From NCBI GenBank assembly GCA_022704145.1, contig JAKJGY010000001.1, forward strand, positions 5,445-69,444: a stretch of 64,000 nucleotides of DNA. Reading direction: 5' to 3'. This stretch comes from Verrucomicrobiota bacterium. Lineage in GTDB: Bacteria > Verrucomicrobiota > Kiritimatiellia > RFP12 > UBA1067. The notes beneath the pieces are model-generated. The model did no database searches. It was not told the DNA's origin and worked only from the letters and a program-made list of their open reading frames with translations. Below are positions 1-6,667 of the stretch, piece by piece (positions within the stretch are counted from its first letter, which is position 1; the number at the start of each line of letters is the position of its first letter). Position numbers and translations under genes: made by a program.

Positions 1-137
1 TCCTCCTTGCCGCCGTGCCGCACAAAGCAGTCCGCCGCGCCCTTCACCAACTGCTCGGTGAAGAAGCTGTTGAACCGGCTGACCACAAGGGCCATCCGCA
101 TGCCGGTAGCGTCCAGTTGTCCTGCGATTTCCTTCAT
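1..137 (-). CDS. ribH: 6,7-dimethyl-8-ribityllumazine synthase (RibH), N-terminal part only; gene runs off the window start
   Basis: Minus-strand translation from the ATG at 137 gives [42 protein letters not shown]..., a typical lumazine synthase N-terminus. It lies 15 nt downstream of the ribBA stop. Confidence 0.7.
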   Translation of the reverse strand, partial: MKEIAGQLDATGMRMALVVSRFNSFFTEQLVKGAADCFVRHGGKE

Positions 138-151
138 CGTCTTCTCTCCTT

Positions 152-1369
152 TCAGAACAGATGCCCCATCTTCGCCTTCTTGGTCTCAAGGTAACGCCGG
201 TTGTGGTCGCCAGGCTCGAACACCACCGGCACCCGCTCGGCGATCTCCAGCCCGTACCCCTGCAGCCCGACCAGCTTCTTGGGGTTGTTGGTCATCAGGC
301 GGATGCGCTTCAGCCCGATATCCGCCAGGATCTGCGCGCCCACGCCATAGTCGCGCAGGTCGGCCGGGAAGCCCAGCCGGATGTTGGCCTCCACGGTGTC
401 GAGGCCCTTCTCCTGAAGCTTGTAGGCGTGCAGCTTGTTGGCCAGCCCGATGCCGCGGCCCTCCTGCCGCATGTAGAGGATCACCCCGCGGCCCTCGCGC
501 TCCACCATGCGCATCGCGGCGTGGAGCTGGCTGCCGCAGTCGCAGCGCGCCGAGCCGAAGACGTCGCCCGTCAGGCACTCGCTGTGCACGCGCACCAGCG
601 GGGGCTCGCCCGCCGTCACATCCCCTTTGATCAGCGCCAGGTGGTCCATCCCGTCCGGCGACGAGGTGTAGAGCCGCAGCTTGAAGTGGCCGTAGGCGGT
701 CGGCATCTCGACCTCCTCCACAAAGTCGATCAGCCGCTCGCGGCGCCGCCGGTACTGGATCAGGTCGGCGATCGAGAGCATCTTCAGACCGTGGGCGCGC
801 GCGAACTCGCGCAACTGCGGCAGGCGCGCCATCGTGCCGTCGGGCAGCATGATCTCGCAGATCACCCCGGCCGGCCTGAGGCCCGCCAGCTTGGCCAGGT
901 CCACGGCCGCCTCGGTGTGCCCCGCCCGCACCAGCACGCCGCCCTCACGCGCCTCCAGCGGGAAGACGTGCCCCGGGCTCACCAGCGACTCCGGCCCGGC
1001 GCCCTCGTCGATCAGGGTCTGCACGGTGTGCGCGCGGTCGGCCGCGCTGATGCCGGTCGTGACGCCCGCCGCCGCGTCCACCGACAAGGTGAAGGCCGTC
1101 GCGAACTTGTCGCCCCGGTTGCGGCTGGGCGCGCGCTCCACGCCGAGGCGGCGCAGCGCCGCGCCCGTCATCGGCACACACACCAGCCCGCGCGCATGCG
1201 TCACCATAAAGTTGACCGACCCCGGCGTGACCTTCTCCGCCGCGACGATCAGGTCGCCCTCGTTCTCGCGGCTCTCGTCGTCCGCGACCACGATCATCTG
1301 CCCCTGCCGGAACGCCTCCACGCAGGTTTCCACCGCATCGAATACCGTTTCCGTCTCCATGGCCCACAT
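152..1369 (-). CDS. ribBA: bifunctional 3,4-dihydroxy-2-butanone-4-phosphate synthase / GTP cyclohydrolase II (RibBA)
   Basis: The N-terminal half carries DHBP synthase motifs ([30 protein letters not shown]). The C-terminal half carries GTP cyclohydrolase II motifs ([37 protein letters not shown]). The start was chosen at MWAMETETV (1369, or 1360 for METETV), because the six-frame ORF extends upstream into the riboswitch. Confidence 0.9.
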   Translation of the reverse strand: MWAMETETVFDAVETCVEAFRQGQMIVVADDESRENEGDLIVAAEKVTPGSVNFMVTHARGLVCVPMTGAALRRLGVERAPSRNRGDKFATAFTLSVDAAAGVTTGISAADRAHTVQTLIDEGAGPESLVSPGHVFPLEAREGGVLVRAGHTEAAVDLAKLAGLRPAGVICEIMLPDGTMARLPQLREFARAHGLKMLSIADLIQYRRRRERLIDFVEEVEMPTAYGHFKLRLYTSSPDGMDHLALIKGDVTAGEPPLVRVHSECLTGDVFGSARCDCGSQLHAAMRMVEREGRGVILYMRQEGRGIGLANKLHAYKLQEKGLDTVEANIRLGFPADLRDYGVGAQILADIGLKRIRLMTNNPKKLVGLQGYGLEIAERVPVVFEPGDHNRRYLETKKAKMGHLF

Positions 1370-1372
1370 CCC

Positions 1373-1406
1373 AAAAAAAAAGCCCGGCCGCAAGCGGGGC
1401 CGGGGC
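1373..1406 (-). terminator. intrinsic terminator forming the expression platform of the FMN riboswitch (GC hairpin + U9)
   Basis: Minus strand reads GCCCCGGCCCCGCTTGCGGCCGGGC followed by TTTTTTTTT. It sits between the riboswitch aptamer and the ribBA start codon. Confidence 0.75.
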
Positions 1407-1420
1407 ACAAGCCTCCACAA

Positions 1421-1585
1421 CGCATCTTCTTCTATCCAGACTTGACTGTCGGCCACGGAATCGAACCGTGTCAGTGGCACGCAGGAACAGCGTGCCAGTC
1501 GCGGGCTTTACCGCCGGTCAGGAAACACCCGCTCACGCGGGCTCACCTTGCCCCGAAGACGCTCAACATTCCAAAGTATAGCGCT
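1421..1585 (-). ncRNA. FMN riboswitch (RFN element) aptamer in the ribBA leader
   Basis: The reverse complement reads ...GTCTTCGGGGCAAGGTGAGCCCGCGTGAGCGGGTGTTTCCTGACCGGCGGTAAAGCCCGCGA...GGTTCGATTCCGTGGCCGACAGTCAAGTCTGGATAGAAG. This matches the conserved RFN cores CTTCGGGGCAGGGTGAAATTCCCGACCGGCGGTAGTAAAGC and CCGACAGTGAAAGTCTGGATG. Confidence 0.85.
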
Positions 1586-1860
1586 TCCCCTTCCCGCAGG
1601 CAAGGCCAACGGCACGCCAATGTGCCGCCGGTCAATCGGCTCACTCACCCCCCCCCGGCGCGTCCGCAATCATCATCGTACGCCTCATGCGGGCAGAGCC
1701 CGCAACTCATACTGGCGTTTCTTCTAATTACCTGTCCCATATTTGTTTTCTGGAAACTGGATACTTGAAACTTGAAAATTGTAACTGGCGGGAATCAGCG
1801 GAAGGTGGTTGGTGGCCCGAAGTGCGCTATTTGAGCATGGCGTTCGCGAAGCGATGGGAG

Positions 1861-1977
1861 GGGGGGCGCCCTCGCCCCCCGGCGTGAACGGCCACGCCAG
1901 GCGGACCCGCGCCTGACGGAGAGGCGACCGCCCGCTGAACGGCGTCCGCTCGGCTTTCCGGGGGCGAGGGCGCCCCC
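1861..1977. repeat. copy 1 of a ~118-bp element with perfect terminal inverted repeats GGGGGCGCCCTCGCCCCC / GGGGGCGAGGGCGCCCCC
   Basis: The left inverted repeat is at 1861-1880 and the right at 1958-1977. The core is near-identical to copy 2 (5707-5826). Copy 3 (20321-20428) has the same termini. Confidence 0.8.
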
Positions 1978-2365
1978 TCTCCTGTCCAGAAGTCACACGT
2001 CCGCCAGATCGGCGTACGTCTCACGGCTATGAACTCGCGCTCCAGCTCCGACGGCAGCACGCGCCTGCAGCCGACGAGGAAGAGGCGCATGCCCTCGGCC
2101 TTGGCCCGGACCAAAGCGTCCTTCAATGCCGCACCAGCACGGGGTTGGGGTCGGTCAGGAACAGGTCCCGGAACGAGTTCAACTTCCGGAACCGGAACAT
2201 GACGGCCTTGACGTTCGGAACGGGCGCTGGCAAACTGCTTTGTAACTTAACGTGTGGCAGCGGCCGGAGGCCTATGAGAGGGGTAGCATCACAACGAAAG
2301 CGGTGGTGGACGCCGTACGCAAGGTGCAGGAGCTGTCGTTCAAGCAGAAGGAGTGAGCTGGCGGC

Positions 2366-3148
2366 ATGAGGCGGACGATAAAGACGTGGGTGACGCCGGC
2401 GACGGTTGCGTGCGCGCTTGCCTTGTGCCTCTGCTGCGCCTGCTCGGCGGCGACGGTCGAACAGTCGCAGACGGTCTACGAGAAGATGAACGACTGGAGC
2501 AGTGGCACCGCGCAGAGCTTCAGGGCCGGACGTTCCGCCACGCTGACGGGGATCCGGCTGCTGGTGTTGCGCAAGAACGGGCCCCGCGACCTCTCGGTCG
2601 AACTTAGGCATGTCGGTGCGGACCAGGCGCCGGCCGGACCCGTGCTGGCGTCGGGCTCGCTTCCGGGGTCCGCGTTCGAGCCCGGGGTCGTGCAGTGGCG
2701 GACGGTTGCCTTCGACAGGCCCTACGAACAGGCCGAAGGCGAGGTGCTTTCCTTCACCGTCAGGCAGGGATCGGCCGGCGACTGGTACGGATGGCTGGAG
2801 TTCGGCATGTCCACGCAGAACCCGTACGCTCCCGGGATCATGTACTATGCCGGCAACTACGGGCCGAACGCCTGGACTTATCTGGAGGGCCGTCTGGATT
2901 TCGCCTTCGAGACGCTGGTCGTGCGCAGGCCCGTGATCGCAGGCTTCCGTGCCGGGGCCGGCACGGTCAGACTCACGGTGCCGGAGACCGACGTCGGCTG
3001 CGTCTACAGCGTCCAGACCGCGGGCACGGTCACCGGCGCGTGGTCGACTTGCGGCTCCGCCGCCGGCACCAAGGACGCCCTGGTCTGGGATCTGCCTGCG
3101 CCTGCGGGAGTCACGAACCGTGCGTTCTACAGGGCCACCGTGGAGTAA
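2366..3148 (+). CDS. hypothetical secreted protein / lipoprotein (N-terminal signal peptide, possible lipobox LCCAC)
   Basis: A 260-aa ORF with a hydrophobic N-terminus (WVTPATVACALALCLCCACSAA) and a non-repetitive, globular-looking composition. It is favoured over the overlapping antisense 469-aa ORF. Confidence 0.55.
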   Translation: MRRTIKTWVTPATVACALALCLCCACSAATVEQSQTVYEKMNDWSSGTAQSFRAGRSATLTGIRLLVLRKNGPRDLSVELRHVGADQAPAGPVLASGSLPGSAFEPGVVQWRTVAFDRPYEQAEGEVLSFTVRQGSAGDWYGWLEFGMSTQNPYAPGIMYYAGNYGPNAWTYLEGRLDFAFETLVVRRPVIAGFRAGAGTVRLTVPETDVGCVYSVQTAGTVTGAWSTCGSAAGTKDALVWDLPAPAGVTNRAFYRATVE

Positions 3149-3169
3149 GCGCGGCGTTTCGGCGGAGGA

Positions 3170-3532
3170 GGGTGTCATGGTTGTTTTGGGTTTTGTCCTG
3201 ACCGTGATCGGCATCATCACGGTTGTCGTAGGCGGCATCAGGTTCTTGAACCGGAACACCCGCCCGTCGGGACGTACCACCTCCACCGCCAGGTCGCACA
3301 CGGCGGGCGGCGCGACCTCGACCTCGGCGAACCCGGCCGCGCCGCGCTTTCGCGTTCTCCCGACACGCGCACGCCGCCACTTCGAGAGCGTCACAGCCGA
3401 CAGGCCGTTGGCCCGGCAAAACGCCGCCCGCGTCATCCCGCTCCTGCCGTATTTCCGCAACAGTTCCCGGCGCTCGCTCTCCGCGTACCGCTTGCGCCCC
3501 GGCTTCTCCGTCTTCACGATTTGTGTGCTCAT
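3170..3532 (-). pseudogene. orphan IS66-family TnpA (orf1)-like HTH transposase-accessory gene, probably truncated; no TnpB/TnpC follows
   Basis: The N-terminus MSTQIVKTEKPGRKRYAESERRELLRKYGRSGMTRAAFCRANGLSAVTLSKWRRARVG...GFAEVEVAPPAVCDLAVEVVRPDGRVFRF follows the IS66 orf1 pattern (HTH, then an FVPV..IEV..pdG.vR tail). The remainder of the 469-aa ORF is antisense to the 2366-3148 gene and was discarded. Confidence 0.45.
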
Positions 3533-3605
3533 GTCCGCGTTATAGCACGGCGCTCAAAGGCTGGATAGGCTGTCAAAGTTAAGCCGCTTACGGAGGGTTC
3601 GAATA

Positions 3606-3895
3606 ATGAGCGACAAAGATTTCATGTTGGCAGATGACGGCTGGGTGCAGGTGTCACCATGCGGGGAGTTTCCGCACGCGGGCGCAGGCGTCGTGCAGGT
3701 CATCGACCGTGCGGTGTGTGACAGGATCGCGGCGGAGTAAAAAGCCCGTAAGGCTGACGACAATTTTCCCGGCGTGCTGTTCGACTTCGACCACTTCTCC
3801 CTGGACACGGTACGATCGGGCGAGGCGGCCGGGTGGATTGCCGAGCTTAAGTCGGCGGCAGGGTCTGCGAGCGCTCGCAGAGGTGGGACTCGGCC
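3606..3895 (+). pseudogene. Mu-like prophage protein I (protease/scaffold, pfam Mu-like_Pro) N-terminal fragment, disrupted (stop at 3738-3740 followed by a frameshift); repeat copy A
   Basis: MSDKDFMLADDGWVQVSPCGEFPHAGAGVVQVIDRAVCDRIAAE*, then the shifted frame continues KADDNFPGVLFDFDHFSLDTVRSGEAAGWIAEL. This is about 90% nt-identical to 19775-20078. The signature PaGeF...iDyeH...AAGWI matches Mu protein I. Confidence 0.6.
3864..3881. repeat. perfect 18-bp palindrome TCTGCGAGCGCTCGCAGA at the end of Mu-I repeat copy A, 3 bp before the hipA stop
   Basis: Seen directly in sequence. The identical palindrome occurs at 20048-20065. Confidence 0.9.
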
Positions 3896-3898
3896 ACG

Positions 3899-5167
3899 TC
3901 ACGCCTGCTGAAAGGCGCGGGACATCTGTTCCTGTTCCGCTTTCGGGATGTGTTGCCGCGTCGCCACGTGCCGCCATTGCCTGACGGCGCTACGGACCTC
4001 TTCCGCTATTTCTTCAGCCCGAGGAGCAGCCAGATGAAACGCCGAGGCAATCTCCAACGCCAAACCCACATCCAGCCGGTTGTCGTTTTCCGTGATGTTG
4101 AGCGTCAGCCCTTCCCCCTGCGGATTCGGGTTCATGTCGTAAGCGGGCGAGAGCGTCCATCCGCCTCTCGTCGCGAGCATGAAGCCGTGATTTCTCAGAT
4201 GATCGTCGGTATTGCTCACGCAGATGTTGAAGACGATGCGCCGCCAGAGTTCGGCAAGGTCGGCGCCGGGCGCCGCACCGTGCCGCATGAGAAATTCGGC
4301 CAGCTCCAAATAGCTGACACCCGAAGCCGCGTCCGCCCCGTCCGCATAACCCAGCAGCGTCATGGCGGAGGCAAAGTGGATCCGCTGTCCCGACGGCGTG
4401 CGGTCGAAGCGCCGCGACAGGAACGTGTGGTGCCGGCACGTGAACGTGCGCGCGGCGGCTACAGGAACACGCAGGCCCGCCATGCCGGCAAGCTCATGCA
4501 GCACGCTCTCCCACGCACCGGCATCCGACTGATCGGAGCGGCTCGGAAACTTCGCTATCCAGAGGCAGCCCCGATCGTCGACAACTCCGGCCTTCGGACG
4601 CGCGCCGCCAAGAGACGAGCCCGGCGCGAGAAGCGGGTTCAGCCACTTCAGCGTCTCGTCATCGTCCAGCGCATCGCTTTCCTCGAACCGGAGGCTGGCA
4701 AACTCCAGATCGCGGAGCGATGCCCACGGGGGCGTGGCCATCCGCTCATCGCTGTTCAGAAAGACCTCCCGCTCGCCCTCCTGAAAGCGGATGGCCCCCA
4801 TGCGCTGTCCGTCGTAGACGCCCAGCAGATAATCGAGTTCTCCCAGCCGCTCTTCAGCGCGCCGCTCGCGCCGGGCGTAGCAGGCCTCCCTGCGGCGCAT
4901 CAGCAGCCGCCCCCACCGGTCTGGCGCGGAGTCGAGGAAGATGCCGAAGTTGGGCTTGGCGTCCCGAAGGTACTGCTTGCCCACAAACAACTGGAGTTCG
5001 GGGTCGAGCAGTTGGGCGCACCCGCCCGAGAGCCAGCCGCCGTCGTACTCGAACGAAAAGATCTCCTTGCCGCGAACCCTGTCCATGGCGAGAAGCCCCA
5101 TCAGCCTGGGACCGTTCAACTCGGCCCAGTCGGCGTAGACGCGCACCTGCCGGGTCTGACTTTTCAC
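3899..5167 (-). CDS. hipA: HipA-family Ser/Thr kinase toxin (type II toxin-antitoxin)
   Basis: The N-terminus follows the HipA_N pattern (VRVYADWAELNGPRLMGLL...FSFEYDGGWL). The HipA_C catalytic motif VFNICVSNTDDHLRNHGFM is present. It overlaps the upstream hipB by 4 nt. Confidence 0.85.
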   Translation of the reverse strand: MKSQTRQVRVYADWAELNGPRLMGLLAMDRVRGKEIFSFEYDGGWLSGGCAQLLDPELQLFVGKQYLRDAKPNFGIFLDSAPDRWGRLLMRRREACYARRERRAEERLGELDYLLGVYDGQRMGAIRFQEGEREVFLNSDERMATPPWASLRDLEFASLRFEESDALDDDETLKWLNPLLAPGSSLGGARPKAGVVDDRGCLWIAKFPSRSDQSDAGAWESVLHELAGMAGLRVPVAAARTFTCRHHTFLSRRFDRTPSGQRIHFASAMTLLGYADGADAASGVSYLELAEFLMRHGAAPGADLAELWRRIVFNICVSNTDDHLRNHGFMLATRGGWTLSPAYDMNPNPQGEGLTLNITENDNRLDVGLALEIASAFHLAAPRAEEIAEEVRSAVRQWRHVATRQHIPKAEQEQMSRAFQQA

Positions 5168-5490
5168 GGCGTCACCGCCTGGCCCGTTTTCGCCGCGCGC
5201 TTGCGTACGACCAGTCGGGCGTCCTGAAGCTTGCGCCCGAGCACGTCATCCCGGGCGACAGACGACAGGTCCTGCTCGAGCCCCAGTGCGAACAGCACGA
5301 GAAAATACGCGCCGAGGGTCACGCTGGCGCTCCCTTTTTCGACTTGCCAGAGCGTCGAGCGGCTGATTCCAGCCCGTTCCGCCACGACAGCCGCGCTCAA
5401 CCGGCGGCGCAATCTCGCGAGCTTGATGTTCTCCCCGACGGCAGGCAAGATCTTTCGCGAGGACACCGGCAAGATGGGTGCTTGTTTCAT
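5164..5490 (-). CDS. hipB: HipB-like XRE-family HTH antitoxin
   Basis: A 108-aa protein with an HTH (LSAAVVAERAGISRSTLWQVEKG) immediately upstream of hipA, with an ATGA overlap. Confidence 0.8.
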   Translation of the reverse strand: MKQAPILPVSSRKILPAVGENIKLARLRRRLSAAVVAERAGISRSTLWQVEKGSASVTLGAYFLVLFALGLEQDLSSVARDDVLGRKLQDARLVVRKRAAKTGQAVTP

Positions 5491-5491
5491 A

Positions 5492-5530
5492 ATGTCTTAT
5501 ATATTGGACATAATATGACCATTTGTCAAC
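5492..5530 (-). promoter_or_regulatory. putative hipBA promoter/operator: inverted repeat ATGTC-N10-GACAT overlapping a TTGACA ... TATAAG sigma-70-like promoter
   Basis: An AT-rich 40-bp island in GC-rich DNA lies directly 5' of the hipB ATG. The palindrome arms are at 5492-5496 and 5507-5511, and the minus-strand TTGACA at 5525-5530. Confidence 0.4.
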
Positions 5531-5706
5531 TATAAGCGAGATTATCTGTATTGAAGGGTAACCTCGAAATCGGGTTCCTCGCCGCCGGTCGCGCCCAGGG
5601 TGGCAGCGGCGTCTCGCCGCCGGTCCGCCCTCGAACGCGGCGGGGACGCCGCGTCCACCCTCAGCAACCCCCTCGCCAGGCCCCTCGCACGGCGCGATGT
5701 TCTGGG

Positions 5707-5826
5707 AGGGGGGGCGCCCTCGCCCCCCGGCGTGAACGGCAGCGCCAGTCGGACCCGCGCCTGACGGAGAGGCGACCGCCTGCTGAACGGCGTCCGCTCG
5801 GCTTTCCGGGTACGAGGGCGCCCCCT
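5707..5826. repeat. copy 2 of the ~118-bp element with terminal inverted repeats (right repeat slightly degenerate: GGTACGAGGGCGCCCCC)
   Basis: It aligns with 1861-1977 over its whole length. Confidence 0.8.
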
Positions 5827-6087
5827 CTCCTGTCCAGACGCCTGCGGGTTCAGGCGGGCGGCTGACGGACGGTGATAAGAGATGTGTCGCGGATCGGGGC
5901 GCGCAGGTCGCGTGTGCTCCCGGCCCGTCCGCCGTGTTGTCGCGGGACGGCGCGGATGTGTATCCAGCGCCGCCCGCGCCGCCTTGCGGCCAGACCGGCC
6001 TGACGCGTTCCTGCACACCTGAGACACCGATCCGCGCCACGGTTCGCCCCGGCGCGGATACGCACCGGTTGGAGAATACGCACTGGG

Positions 6088-6308
6088 AGATCCTCACCGC
6101 CGAGATTCGGCGCTACGCGTACGAGATCGGCCCGACAGGGCAGGTCAGCTATGCCGCCCCCTCCGGCTACCACGATGACTGCGTGATGGCGCTCGCGCTC
6201 GGCGTGTGGGGCTGCCACACGTTCGGCGTGGAGCCGGGCAGGATGTTGAGGCTGTGTGAGGGGTTGAGGTCGGACGGCGGAGGTCGGAGGGCGGTGACGT
6301 TGGCGTGA
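6088..6308 (+). pseudogene. phage terminase large-subunit C-terminal (RNase-H-like nuclease) fragment
   Basis: ...WEILTAEIRRYAYEIGPTGQVSYAAPSGYHDDCVMALALGVWGC: the hDDcvmAlalA tail is characteristic of the terminase large subunit C-terminus. There is no intact N-terminal ATPase upstream. Confidence 0.5.
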
Positions 6309-6667
6309 TGTCAGCGACCTCCGACCGCCAGAACCGAAGGCGAATTGTGATTCGGAGTCGCTATGTTGGGATAGGGTCTCTCTTCCTTTTTTCTGGTCTG
6401 CCGGGGGGGGCTGGGCCTCATCTCATTTCAAGACTGTTTGTCCATAAGTCCCGATACGATCCCTCGATCCGATCCACACGCCCGGGCGGTTTTGCCTCTC
6501 CGGCCTGATAACACCGCCAACCTACGTTTTTGACGCCCGGGGCCCCCGCGCCCTTTCAGCCCGCACTCGATTTGACAGAAGCACCGTTATCCGACTTTGC
6601 CGTATCCCGCACCCGCAGGGAAATGCAGCTTGTACGTCCTATCCGTGAAAACCAGACATTTTAGACG

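Noticed and set aside
1460-1485. GGTTCGATTCC motif suggesting a tRNA T-arm
   Set aside because: It lies inside the FMN riboswitch aptamer; no acceptor or anticodon arms can be built around it.
7-1768. Long +strand ORFs (7-630, 161-1768, 834-1445) overlapping ribBA
   Set aside because: They are antisense to a gene with unmistakable RibBA motifs and have Arg/Pro/Ala-rich low-complexity translations typical of GC-rich antisense frames.
1861-1977. Integron attC site interpretation of the inverted-repeat elements
   Set aside because: There is no R''/R' core (RYYYAAC/GTTRRRY), no integrase nearby, and the termini are perfect 18-20-bp GC palindromic arms unlike attC.
2123-3532. 469-aa minus-strand ORF as a single gene
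   Set aside because: Only the first ~120 aa look like a real (IS66 TnpA-like) protein. The rest is antisense to a better +strand secreted-protein gene (2366-3148) and is Arg/Gly/Pro low-complexity.
3571-3606. GGGTTCGAATAATG resembling a tRNA 3' end before Mu-I copy A
   Set aside because: No complementary stem can be formed. It is simply the start of the shared repeat (compare 19775-19792).
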